DNA of 64,000 nt from Chlorokybus atmophyticus (Eukaryota; Plantae; Mesostigma and Chlorokybus algae), in NCBI GenBank assembly GCA_009103225.1, contig RHPI01000008.1, positions 362,015 through 426,014 on the forward strand. Direction: 5' to 3'. A model generated the notes under the pieces. It ran no database searches and was not told the origin of the DNA. It saw nothing but the letters and a program-made list of their open reading frames with translations. The position numbers and the translations under genes are program-made. Positions 1-12,904 of the stretch are shown here, piece by piece. Numbering within the stretch: the first letter of the stretch is position 1; the number at the start of each line of letters is the position of its first letter.

Positions 1-2441
1 CAGCGGCAGCAAGAAGCGCGGCTCCTGCATGAGATACGCTTGCTGTCAGCATTGACCCATACGACTGTTGTGAATCTGCTAAACAAACACGCATGTAGCC
101 TTAAGCTCAATCACGTCAACAAACACAAGCAAGCACCCGGCTGCACCTGGTGTGGGGCCATTGACAGTGCGAACAAAGGCAGCAGGATGCATCCAACCAA
201 GCATAACCTAATGCTTTGGGCTTTTGTGGGTGGCAATTTGGCTCCTGCGCCATTGCAAGAAATTCAGCCCAGCAAGACTGCATGTTGCTCAAGCGTGTGC
301 TGCGCATTGCTCGCATTGTTGTGCATGTCAACGTGCACAACATGCGGCGGCTTCAAAACAATGCTGTCAACTATCTGCTTGACCTACCGCAGCATAAGTG
401 GAACAACTGGGAGGCGCAAGCCAGGGCAACAGGGCCGAACATGAGTGGCATGTTGACCACGACATGCAAGTAGCGCGGGTGTAGTCCTGTCCAGTGAGTG
501 GGTGTAAAGCAAAAGGCCACGCAGGACGAGGAAAGGAAAAGTGACACGCTTTTTGCCAATGCTCACCATGCAGTGACAGATTCTTTGCTTGAATGTTGTA
601 CAGAAGACTGTTAATCGGTGTCCACATGAGTCTGCCCTGCACACAACCTGGGATGAACACCAGAATCCTTGAAAGGTGGTTACAGCGGGCTGTACAACAA
701 CTTCAGTTCAGACACACCTTCCAATGAAAGGTGCACAGCTGGCGAAGTCGCCGAAATATGGTTGCGCATGTTGCAAGAATAGAAAGCAGGGCGTTGGAAG
801 CATCAGGGCGCAGCATTGTGGCGTTGTCTGATGTGCAAATAGCAAGTTGCCCATAGAACAAGGAGTCGCCGATTGCGATCACTAGAGCAGTGGGAACAAA
901 GCCCGCCGTCAAGCTCAAGCCAAACTGCACTGAAAACAGTTGCGGTTAGATGCTGTCACAAAAACAAGTCCCATCAACGTACTAACACAAAGATGTGCTA
1001 AGCAGAGAGAGAGAGAGGAGTGCACGGGCACTTGTGTCTGAAGCAATCGCACCTGTGTGCTTTACATACTGCAGTACACCCTTTCCGTCTGCGCAACAAG
1101 TGAGTAGCTTGAAAAGAAGCAAAGGCGCGGCGAAAAACGCGAACGTGAATCGCGCAAACAAGCCAAATGCCAACACTGCGCCGAGCCACAAGCATTGCAA
1201 CAGTGTGCATTTGGTCTTGTGTGGCGTGGGCATTACAGCCAGTACTGCTAGGGCCAGCAGCAGAGTCTCAAGAGTGTTGGAAAAGGTGCGCGTCATGAAC
1301 AGGAGAGTTGGCCATGCTGAAGCGTACACCAGCAGAGTGCGCGGGGACGACCCGCAAAGCGCACTCGCCTTTGCAACTGCCATGTCTGTTACGACCTGTA
1401 TGGTGAGTTACTACTATTATCTTTGGCTTACTCAATACACAAGATGTCCGCTGTTACCCGCAATGAGCGACGTGCCGAACAAGTAGATTCGTGGCAAGAG
1501 AAGCAAGGCGCCGGGTTTCACCACCCATTCACCTGCGAGCACATTGTTATGACTGATGCCATTGGCAGCATTTATATAACAATGCGCGCGTGGCGAGCGG
1601 ACCGAGGAGTGCATCTTCGCCCGCTTACCCCATTTTTGGGATACTGCACGCAGCAGCAAATACGGAGGACCAGCCAATGCAAACCTGCGAACACAGACGC
1701 GCTTACATTGGGGCATCGAATCCATACAAGTAGAGCGCACACACAAAATTGTTGATTCATGGTCAATCACATAAGCGCATATGTGAATGCGCGCATGGGG
1801 TGTGTATGGTGAGTGATAGTATGCATGGGAGCAGGTTGAGACGCTGTTTGCACAGCCATTTGTGCTGTGAAGCCCTGTCCACACCTGAGATGCCGTGTAT
1901 GTGGCAGCACATTGCTGCAACTGCAACTACAAGTGTGTGCATGCCAGCGACACAGCCAGCTTACGGTACTAGAGACGAGCGTGCTGCTTGCGGCGAACGT
2001 TGGAACTCCCAAGGGATGAATGCGCATCGTCCGAGGATGGACTGTGCTGCCACTTCAGGTGCCTGTGGGAGGGCAACAATTACAACACAGAGACTCACGC
2101 ACACTGTGTGAACAACCCTACACGCTTGCACAACAGCTGCAACCCTAACTGCCATAGCCACAACAGCTGCCTGAGTTCTAAGCACGCACTTGACACTTGC
2201 AAACAACGCAGCGGTAGTATTTGGCATAGCTCAGTTCTAACAGTGAAGTGCGCAAACGATGCCTGAGCTGCGTCTAAGAAGAAAGCAGCTGCCTTACCTG
2301 AAAGAACTCGTCCGGATGGATGTAGCCGGGCAACAGCACGGCGAGCAGGCGGGCCAGCAGCAGCGCCACGTACACGACCCGCTCCCGCCCAGTCAGGCCA
2401 GCGGCAAGCACCTCCGCCGCACGATAAAAAGGAGGAGCCAT
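1..2441 (-). CDS. PIGZ: GPI mannosyltransferase 4 (PIG-Z/Smp3 type, GT22), multi-exon, 3' end runs off the window
   Basis: Spliced exons give GYIHPDEFFQ (ATG 2441), TRTFSNTLETLL (~1300), WTPINSLLYN, HPRYLHVVVNMPLMFGP (~470) and LSMAPHQ|EPRFLLPL (GT-AG intron joining ~145 to ~27). These are PIG-Z/Smp3 signature motifs. Confidence 0.88.
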
Positions 2442-3504
2442 AGTGCCAGCGACCAAGCAATGCGCCTTATAGCGTCAGCTCAGCACAGCCACCACATTCG
2501 TTGACAGAAAACAAAGTTCGAGCAGTGTACAGCAACCAGGCATCCATTGCGGCTGAGTTTGTTGGGGAACTTGCACAAGGGCAAGCTGCCCAGGCTCTCA
2601 AGGTTCCCAAGCTCTCAAGCTGACGAGGTGATGAAGGTCACCAGCTGTGTGACGCTTGGTTGTTGCTGGCACGTACGCTGATAGGCAGCATGCAGCAGTA
2701 CATCGCCTTACAACCACCGCCACAGCACCAACTGCGCGACACACACAGGCGGTCTGCGCTCTCTTTCGCGGCAGCAGGATGCTGGACATCGACTTCACAC
2801 TGTTCTATGCCCAGCAGCTTTGGCTGATGAGGTTATAAAAACAGTGCCATGAGAAGTGTATAGAATGTGTCAAGTGCTGTTCGAACACGCATGCAACATC
2901 AATGCTCAGCAACACTACATCATTACCTCTATATAAGGGTTCACACTGTCACCACCGGGCTAACATCTACTACACTACACGTAGTTGCCTACGCAGTACA
3001 CTATCACTGCCGCCCAGCCCCGTTAGACATGCACCTGTGTGTGCTCAGGTGGGTTGATGTTTGCTACTACCTGCTTCATCAGCGGCATTGCATTGCACAC
3101 AGGTCATTTTAACATAGCGTAGTGTGATGGCCCGGGCGTAATGTAAGTGTATATAAGGGGTATGGTACGGTGTGTTGCCTTTCACGTTCGCTCGAGTGTT
3201 ACGGTTGTTGTTCGTGTGTGTGCACAGATTGCACGTGTACAAAAGATGCAAGCTGCATCACGCGCATGCACAGCACACAGCATGCATAGCAAACACCCAC
3301 ATACTCACTCAGCACACCGCATTTATGTTTACACTTCACACCACCGGGCTATCGACTGTGCAATATGACTCATACCCCATGCATGCATACATCGCAGTTA
3401 CCTGCACAACGACCGTTGTATTGCATCATGTGATTCAACCGGCACAAGCAATTACCGGTAGTTGGCTTTGGCATTGTTGTATTGACCGTGTAGTGATCAA
3501 AGCA

Positions 3505-3815
3505 GATTGCGCTTTACTGACATGATTCGAACTGATATGCTTATTCGCAAAGTCACATCTATTTTTCAACTACAGCACAGACAAGGAGCAAATCTTTCGG
3601 TACTGCATGCAGTACTAAGTATACAGTACTACAGTATATCATTTACTAATATTTTATAGTATACTGATATACCGTAATGATAGTCTGTATACCACAGAAC
3701 TGTTGTAGTTAGTGATTGCGCTTTGCTGACATTCGAACTGATATGCTTCATTGCAAGTCACATTTTTCATTCAACTACAGCACAAACAAGCAACATATCT
3801 TTCGTTACTACATGC
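3505..3815. repeat. Imperfect direct repeat pair of ~105 bp (3505-3610 and 3714-3815)
   Basis: Both copies read gattgcgcttt.ctgac...ttcgaactgatatgctt...caagtcacat...ttcaactacagcaca.acaag...atctttcg.tact.catgc. Confidence 0.8.
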
Positions 3816-3890
3816 CAGCCCTGCAATGGACAGCCACAGCATGCCAGTACACACCTTGTATACTGCATGGGTTGTGCAACGTTCTAAATG

Positions 3891-6800
3891 CTAGCAAAAC
3901 ATGAACGTGGACTTCTCAGACTTGAGCATGCGTTTGCTGCGAGCCGTGCCGACAACACGTTCCAGCGCAAACGCATCAAAGCGCGAAAACAGCACCAAGC
4001 TGGTAGGGTTCTGACCGCCTTCCAACAGGTTGATGATCTCCGCATAATAGTTAGAATGCTCTGGTAACGAGTAGAACACAATGTCCTTGATCCCGCGTAG
4101 CCTGTGCCTGTGGTAGAAGTGCGTTCTTTCCGTGTACAACAGAAACCGCCGCCGGCCCTGACTAAACAGACCACGCGCGCGGGATGTGTCCGGCAGGTCC
4201 GTGTACTCGCAGATCATTTCAAAAGACGCCTCCTGATCCTGCATGAAGTTGCGCACCCGGATGTAATCAAAGTACGAAGGGATCACGACCAAGATTCCCG
4301 ACTGCACTGAATCGCGCAACCTGGGGTAAACCTGGGTGGATGCAAAGCGTGTTGATAACATATAGCATGCATAGTCATTGCACAGGCATTGCACATGTCC
4401 TGCAGTGTACAAGCCTCTCACCTGGCGCACAAAGTAGTCAAAGCGGATGTCTGAACTATCTGTGCCGCTGCAATCAAAGCGCTCAAATAGCTGCTGCACT
4501 TGTGGGACAATCTTCGATAGCACTCCTTCATACTCAAACTTCAACCTGTGCTCCCCGGCGCGGTTGCTGCATGATCGCATGAGAGCCAGCAGCTCAGGAG
4601 TGACAAACGAAGAGCAAACGATTGTTTGTCTGTAATGCCGCGCCCAGCCGTTGAGATACCACTCGCGTATGCGCATGAAGTCGGAGTCATGCTGCTGTGT
4701 AGGGATGAGATTGAGCAAATCAAACACAGCAAGCACGTGTTGCCAGTTTTGCATCAGCATCACGTCAGCGTAGTCGACAATGGCGACTTCAATTGATGAC
4801 AGGAAATCGGTTGCAGCGTCTTTCTCTTCAGACTCTTCCTTCTGAGTGACTAAACCCAGTGGTGATGCCACGATGATGTCGGCTTGGAAGAAACTGCTGT
4901 ACAGTTTCGCACCCTTCTTGGTGATTTTTATGCCCAAACGGAAATGATCATCGCTGTTGCCACTGAACACATCCTGGTAATCCCACGGCTTGGAACGAGT
5001 CAATACAAGTCCTTCTCCCTGGTCACCAGCGCCAGCTGCACAACCAGCAAAGTGTCATGAGTATGTCGTCAGCATGCCAGATGCAAACAAAACGGTTGAC
5101 AGCAACACAGCTCGCAGACAAAACTGCGACAACCCACCTTCTAGTTCTGCTTCATCCTCCTCCTGGCCATACTCCTTGTTGAACCGCTCATGGTTGATCA
5201 GATTCGATGGCCTTGCACCAGGCAGAAGTTTCAACAAACGTGTCACAACGCGATGCGCGATGCTGCGCAACGGCAGCAGCAACAACACGTGAGGCCGCGT
5301 AAAGCCTTGATCCCTTGGAGGGTCTGTGTGCAGCATCTGTTTTTCAGTCACTAAACTAGCACAACTAAGCAAGCCACGAACAACTGTATTGCATGCGCAA
5401 CTATTTCCTGTTGTCCAATTGGCATCCATGGCACTCACTCACTGCTGATGACTTCTTGGTGCAAAAGTAAGTAAAGTAGCCACCGTGTCGTGCATACCTG
5501 ACGTGTCCCGGCCTTCTTGCTGCTGTTGCTGCAGTCTCGCATTATTCTTGATCACGCGATCCTGTGCAACGTGAATAGCCTAACGGACCACTCCAAAACT
5601 GGGCAGCAAGAGACACCTTGAAGTATGATTGATATTGGGCATAGGGAAGCTATGTGGAGAAGAGATAACTGGCTGTGAACGGGTGAGCAATGTGTGCCGG
5701 ACAGCAAATGTACCTTGATTTTGTAAACATGGTTCAAAACATGCAGCAGGTACGCCTCGGTTGTACTAGACACGAACTCGGCGCTCGCATCCTTTGTTGA
5801 TGGGCGCAATGGGAGGAGGACATCACTATATGAGTTATCTGGCAGAACATTGAGCATCAGCAACATTCAGCCATAACGTGTTGAACAACCACATGGCCTG
5901 GCCAAAGCAGCTTCTTACACAGTGAGAACAGCTGCTGCTGGAAAGGACTTGCAAAATCACCACCAGCAGGCCTAGAGTGGGCAACTGGTTGGCGAGCATG
6001 CTTACTCCCGGCAGGTTGCATGGAATGCGAATGAGCAGCTTTCAGCGCGACCCAATGTGCGGCAAGCCTTGCCTTCACACCATACGCCTCAACTGTGTCA
6101 TGCACCTGATACAACAAACGTCAATATCCACTTGTCGTCTGCTACTTGCAATGAAGCCAGCGAATGCTTACCTCCGGTGGTTTCAACGTCCTCAGCCAAG
6201 TGGCATGCTCAAGGCCTAAAACTGCAGTGGTCGTAGGTTTCGAGGGAGGGCCAGAAGCAAGCGCGGACGCTTCCGCCTCCGTCATAATATGCTCAAAATG
6301 TGCATGATACGAGCTGCATACGCAGACAGCCCATCGCTATGCAATGGAAGACACTGGCAAGCAATCATGCTGTTAGTGCTTATGTAAAGTACTCACTCAG
6401 ACTCTGGCAGGTGTGATGTGGCGTCATTTGCGTCCAGCTGCAGCCCTCCATTGGTTGCCGTGTCAATGCGCTCGTCATTTGCCAGCTCGGCAACGGCACC
6501 ATTCTCAGCTGCGGCATCGTCTTCATCTTCATCTGCCTCAGCGGCAGCACTATCATCTGCCTCGGCCTCGACATCATCTGAGGTCCTTGCTGCACCTGCA
6601 GCGTCGTCCTCACTTTCTGGGCCACTGTCTGTGCACACGCGCATGCAGCTTGTCATCTGGAGCATACGAACATGGACATCCTACGTGCATATGCTTGGAG
6701 TATGTGTGTTTACACGTGTGCGTGAATACGTGCATGCGGGTGCGGGGGGGGGGAGGCATATGCATGTGTCACACCCTGTTTGCTATGGTGGTCCGATTCT

Positions 6801-7335
6801 TCTTCACTACGTGCGTCGTCTTGACGCCTGGCATTGACATGATCAATGATTGGTAATGGAGGCGAGCTGTTGCATATGGGGTGTAAGAACCTATGCTAGC
6901 ATGCAAGACAAACCTGCGCTTGATTGCGCCTCCATTGGCTCTCAATGACGTGAGAAGCAAGTCATATGCATTGCCTTGTATTGCCTGTCAGCGCATGCGT
7001 ACACGTTGTCAAGGCGAGTGTTTGCTGCTGTACATGCTGACAACAAGCAGCCAGGTCGCCCAGTTTCAAGTCTATACTCAGCAATGTACCTGAGTTTCCT
7101 CTTCGCTGCTCGCGCCCGCTGCAACGTCCTTCCTGTACCCTGCGTCCTCCTTCCGCAGCCTCTTATGCTTGTTGATCCCGTCGGCAGCACCACCACTTAG
7201 AGTAGAGCTCCTACCCTGCCCACCTCTCTTTGCCACCCTACCCCTACCGCCACCACGACCTCTTCCCCTCCCCCGAAAACCACCAGATAGCGATTTTCCT
7301 CTCCCGCCGCCGCCTCGTCCGCCGCCGCCGCGCAT
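3891..7335 (-). CDS. UTP25: U3 snoRNA-associated protein 25 (UTP25/DIEXF), multi-exon
   Basis: RGG-rich N-terminus (ATG 7335), acidic tract, FTRPHVLLLLP, DYQDVFSGNSDDHFRLGIK, ADIIVASPLGL, DFLSSIEV, MQNWQHV, YTER.HFYHR.RLRGIKDIVFYSLPEH, C-terminal STFMFC. Confidence 0.95.
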
Positions 7336-7342
7336 GCTTAGC

Positions 7343-7351
7343 AAACCCTAA
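7343..7351. promoter_or_regulatory. Telo-box (AAACCCTAA) in the UTP25/GluRS bidirectional promoter
   Basis: Exact AAACCCTAA between two divergent translation/ribosome-biogenesis genes, which is the established context for telo-boxes in plants. Confidence 0.6.
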
Positions 7352-7448
7352 TTAGCCGCCGTCTTGGCCTGGTCGGGCCTGGTCTGGTCTGGCCGAGTTG
7401 TGTGGCCTGGTGGTCAGAAGGCGGAGTGGCCGGCGGCGGGCGTTACCC

Positions 7449-10400
7449 ATGGCGACGCCGGCGATGAGGTTCTCGGCCGAGGCGCCACCTCTTGCACTGC
7501 TTGCGGCAGCCAAGCTGGCTGCAGCCGGCAGGTTCGCCATGAAGGCAGAGTCGGGGATAGCGCCCTCCACTCCTCCCCATTTGCTGCTGCAATCAGGGTA
7601 TGCCCTTGATGCAGGTTCAGAACTGAGTTGTTTTGCTATACATTGTTGCGTATTCAGCAAGCGTTGGTGGCTCAGCATCCAGCTTCTAATTTCACTTAGT
7701 ACTGCCTGCCCATGCTTTTGCATTTGGAAGCTGGAGCTATCAAAGTGAAACCTGTGACATGCAAAACATCGTCCAGAGGCTAATAAGTGCAATGCGCTTG
7801 ATGGCAGCGATGAATTGTCGGGATTGGACACGCTGCTGAGGTTTTTCGGCCGGGAGGGGAGTCTGTATGGCAGCGATGCATATGCAGCTGGAGAGGTGAG
7901 GAATGTCTTGGGACGCTCTTGCGTCATTACTGTAGCTCAGCACGCTCAACAACGTCAACAACCAACATCATGCGCAGGTTGATCAGTGGCTGGAGTACTC
8001 AAGCAGGTTGGTTCGCGGGGCGCAGTTTGCTGCGGAGTGCGCTTTCGTCGATCAGTACTTGTCCATGCGCACTTTTCTTGTGGGCAGCCAGCTGTCCCTT
8101 GCAGACCTCGTCATATGGGGCCGTTTGGCAGGTCCGTGTGGTTGTAACTTACATCGCTTACAGTGGCTCTCTCACCTGTGCAGTGCACATCAGTAGGGCT
8201 TTGCAGAGCGCATTGTCACTGCAAGGTGTTTGGCTGTCAATGGCATTCCGCTTTATAGACGTATTGCTATGTTGAAGGATAGTGTAGCTTTCGGTTTTAG
8301 CCATGCTGTGTGTGGTGTTCATTAGCAGCTAAGATTCAGCATTTCGGCTAAATCTAACTCACGTACAGCTGTCCAGCACAATTCCATGATTGCACCTCGG
8401 TTGCAGTTGTAACCAACTGATCATACTGACATGCACATGCAGAGGCTGTGCAATGGGAGGCATTGCGCAAGTCCAACAAGGTCCCCCACTTGTCGCGGTG
8501 GTACGCGTATGTTGACGGCCACCCTGTTCTCATGGAGGTGGCAGAGGTGTACGTGCCGCGAAGGAAGAAGCTGGCGGAGATGGCGGCCGTGAGCACCAGC
8601 GGAAGCAGTGGAGGGCCCGCTGCACAGGCTGCCAAGAAAGCCAAGGAGGAGGTGGCCTTTGAACACATGTTGTGTGTACTGCTGCACTGGTAGCAATGAG
8701 CCGTTCACTGTGCATCCATACTTCACCATGTATGTGTTCAGTTGGGGTTTGCATGTGCGCACACTCATTGCTTGATGAGCCCTGGCTTATATGAGGGGTT
8801 GGTTGCCATGTTTCATTGAGTCTGTCTTGTGTTTGAGTGCAGAAGGTGGAAGGGTCGTTTGATATTGACTTGCCCGGTGCCGCCGATGGTCTTGTGGTAA
8901 CGCGATTCCCTCCTGAGCCAAGTGGTTATTTACACATTGGTCATGCCAAGGCGGCATTGCTGAATGACTACTTTGCCAAGAAGTTCAAAGGCAAGTTGAT
9001 ACTGCGCTTTGATGACACAAACCCTTCCAAGGAGAAAGACGAGTTTGTTGAGAACATCCTGGTCGACCTTGATACTCTCGGCATTAAATACGACGACCTC
9101 ACCTACACCTCAGATTACTTTGAAGAGATCCAGGTACGCTCGCTTGCTTGCGTAGCCGTCTGCGGCAGCTTTGTTGTGTTAACTTTGGTCCTGAAGTTCT
9201 CAACAGATGATTGTGGTGTGGTACAAGCGCTCCATAATATTTAGGCTGCTTTGCCTCTCAACGGCACCATCATTCTACTAGCAACGTTGAACACGAGTCT
9301 TGTGCAGGCCATGGCAGAAAAGTTGATTCGTGAAGGCAAAGCTTATGTTGATGATACCGATGTGGAGACCATGCGAGCTGAGAGGCTGACCAGCACAGAT
9401 TCAAAGAATCGTGATGCCAGTGCTGAAGACAACCTGAAGCTTTGGCGGGAGATGCTGGCAGGGTCGGACAAAGGGAAAGAGTGCTGCCTGCGCGCGAAGC
9501 TGGACATGAAGTCACCAAATGGGACAATGCGAGATCCCGTATTGTATCGGTGCGTGCTGACTCAGCATGGCAATTGTATGGATAGCTTCCGGTCAAGCCT
9601 GCTTGTTAGTCCTGGTTCTGCCTGTGTTTCAACACATTCCAGAGCTGTGTATGCTGTGTTCACATGCTGGTTTGCAGCGCAGAGCACTGGTTGATGTTTA
9701 TTGTCACGCAGGTGCAATCCGACACTACATCATAGAACAGGCTCCAAGTACAAGGCCTACCCTACCTATGACTTGGCTTGCCCTTATGTGGACTCCAAAG
9801 AAGGTGTGACGCATGCGCTTCGGTCCAGTGAATACCATGACAGGGAGGAGCAGTATTACGCCATCATCGAACTGATGGGCATTCGCAAGCCCCATCTTTG
9901 GGATTTCAGCCGCTTGAATTTTGTATACACGCTGCTGTCCAAAAGGAAACTGCAGGCAAGTTCACCTCACAAGCAATGCAGTAGCGATGCCATCATCTGA
10001 GCATAAAACTGCAATCACTGAGCCATCACCCACGCTTCTGCATGACAATAACAAACCTATTGTCAAGGGGTAATGCTGCATGCGCATGCCACTGGTTGCA
10101 GCGGGGCTGACATGTAGGCAAGAACGTAACATGCTCCCATAATGAACGCACAAAGGACTCACCTGCCATGTGGTTGGTGCTGCAGTGGTTTGTCGATACA
10201 GGCCGAGTGGAAGGTTGGCACGACCCAAGGTTTCCGACTGTACAGGGTATTATAAGGCGCGGCCTTGTTGTGCCGGCTCTGCGCGAGTTCATATTGTCGC
10301 AGGCAAGTGCAGGTTTTGTCCTTCCAAGTAGTGCAGTGCCACACGCTTCAGTTCAGTCAGTCACTCTTCTACTGGTGGTTTCTGAGAAGCTGTGTGAAAC

Positions 10401-11761
10401 AGGGAGCCAGCAAGAATCAGAACCTCATGGAATGGGATAAGCTATGGACGTTGAACAAGAAGCTTATCGACCCAGTCTGTCCACGACATACTGCCGTGCT
10501 CGCCAACAATCGCGTGCTTGTTACCGTAACCGATGGACCTGCAGAGCCATATCACAAGGTGCTCCTGCGTGTGGTTATTGTTGTGATTCTGATTTGACCA
10601 AGTGCACGGGCCTGCTCATGGTCATGGGAGATTGCTATGTTTATGAAATGTGGTTAATGTAGTAGTTGTGTGTTCGTAGAACATGCTCGTGTGCTACTGG
10701 TTGTGCTTGCTTCCTGCCAGTTCATGAAAGGTGGTGGTGGGTTGCCAGTTAAATGCACTTGGCCTTCCAAGCCCGCCTAATGAACAAAGCAGCTCAGCGC
10801 TGTGTGCGAATATTATCTATTGCATGCTTACCGCTGTCGGTCTCAGGTGATCCCGCGACACAAGAAGTTTGAGGGCGCCGGCACCAAGGCGACGCTGTAC
10901 AGTTCTACATTCTGGTTAGATCAAGCGGACGCGCGTGAAGTAAAGGAGCAGGAAGAGGTGACGCTGATGGACTGGGGCAATGCAATAGTTACTCGCAGTA
11001 CACGCTCTGGCGGGCCTGATTCGCCTGTCATAGCGATGGAAGCCAAACTTCACCTTGAAGGAAGTGTGAAGACCACACGATTGAAGCTCACATGGCTCGC
11101 AGACACTCCAGAACTTTTGCCGCTGTCCCTTGTGGAATTTGATAACCTCATCAGTCGCCCAAAGGTGAGCGTAATATTGGCAGTATCACACTTCTGTGAC
11201 ATGAGCAGAGTGTGACATATTCACCAATCGCCCTGCATGCTTACATTTGTCGCATGCGAGCTGCGGGTACACACACATGCCAACACTTCACAACTTCTTG
11301 TCAGCTCGAAGAAGGTGACAAGTTTGAAGACTTTGTCAAAGAGAAGACCAGATGGGAGGTGTCTGCGATCGGCGATAGCAACATGCGCAACCTGCAGAAG
11401 GGAGAGATTATCCAGGTACGTGCCAGGATGACTTGCTTGTGGAGTGCGACATGTGAGGCAGTTGCAAAAACTGCTGCAATGGCTCGCGTAACTGTACAGT
11501 TTGCTTAGTGTATGCGGTACCATTGTTTAGCATTCGTGGCTGTGCATGGCTGTCAAAAACATGCCATGTAGCTTGCAAGATGTCAGTGCTCGATATTATA
11601 TTATACTTAACGAGAGATGTCTCATTGACTACTCGTGTGTTGTGCAGCTGGAGCGCAAGGGGTACTTCATCGTTGATGTTCCACACGTCAGAGCCGGCAA
11701 ACCGGTGGTCTTGTTGAGCATACCTGATGGCAGACAAAAGGCTATCCTACCTCAAAGTTAG
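7449..11761 (+). CDS. GluRS: Cytosolic glutamyl-tRNA synthetase with N-terminal GST-like domain, multi-exon
   Basis: [16 protein letters not shown] (HIGH), [31 protein letters not shown]|WFV...[37 protein letters not shown]. Confidence 0.97.
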
Positions 11762-12904
11762 GTGGCGCAAGCTTCGGTATATGTCATGTTCACAGTTGCA
11801 GCCTGCTGTGTATAAAAGATGCAATCGGGAGTTCGCACATGCAATTCTGTGTCGGGCTTCTTAAATCTATCAGCGTGCGATTGTCCGCTAGATGACAAGA
11901 TGGCCACAGCAGTACTTGTATGCTACAGCACCGCTGCTGTTGGTAGGCATCTGCTGTCTGACATCTGTCATTGCGGGATCGCCAACTCATGTATTCTCAA
12001 GAGTTTTGGGTCGTAGAGTGACAGGGCTATGGCACAGCTGCATGGCATGCTTAGGCAAAGACAATTGACCACCACAACAACCACAATCACAACACTATGT
12101 AGGCAAGCGCGCAGCTTGGGCGCAGTGTAAAGTTGGGTGCGAGCAGCAGTCTAGCATGATACCACCTACATGCATATTATTGCACATGTAGGTGGATGCT
12201 AGGCATTCCGCACACGCGCAAGAACTGCTGAGATCACGCACGTGCACACTGGTATGCGCACTGCGCAAGGGCCTCTGCCACATGTCATTGTTATCAGTAA
12301 ACAAGTGCAAGTTGGTGATACAGAGCTTAGTGTGTTGATGTTTGATGGTAAAAGATATAAAACAAATGATGGAAGGTATACAACAGCTTTGGACTGTCCT
12401 GGCACATGCACACCTCTGTCCAGTGTATACGCGCACGCAGGAGCAACCCACACAAGTACACTCAACAAGATTCAACTTGAAAACGAAGCACGCAACCGTA
12501 GTGGACGCTTTCCACGAAAGGCATGCTGCAATGCTGTCTAGTGGTGACCTCGGTCACTGTCTACAGTCTTCTCTGCGCTGGCTTCAGCCCCTGGATGAAC
12601 CGCAGCGGCAGTGGACTTGCTGTCTAATTGAGAGCGAGTCGTCCATCAGTCCCTTAACTGAGCTGACCCATACATGTCGCCAAGCTTTTGGCGAAAGTGC
12701 TGCTGATGAGCAACGAAACCCTGCCAAAAAGGCAGCACAGGGTCCACTCGCAACGACACCCACGGTCGTGCTTGTGTAGTGGAGCGCTGTGAAGCTAAAG
12801 ATAACACCGCAAATGGAAACCAAAAAACTTGAAAGAAACACCCAATCGAGATTAAAATGAAGGGAGGGGGGTCTGGGGCGCACTCTCATGCAGTGCAGCA
12901 TTGC

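Noticed and set aside
3490-3535. Box C/D snoRNA (GTGATCA..CTGA..ATGATT..CTGA)
   Set aside because: It is too short, the C box is imperfect, and the boxes are not kept in the second repeat copy.
4332-4421. Apparent 30-aa insertion in UTP25
   Set aside because: It is a 90-nt GT-AG intron that happens to lack stops.
12242-12541. 99-aa plus-strand ORF between GluRS and RAV
   Set aside because: It has no recognisable motif or ATG-supported structure and lies in the convergent 3' UTR region.
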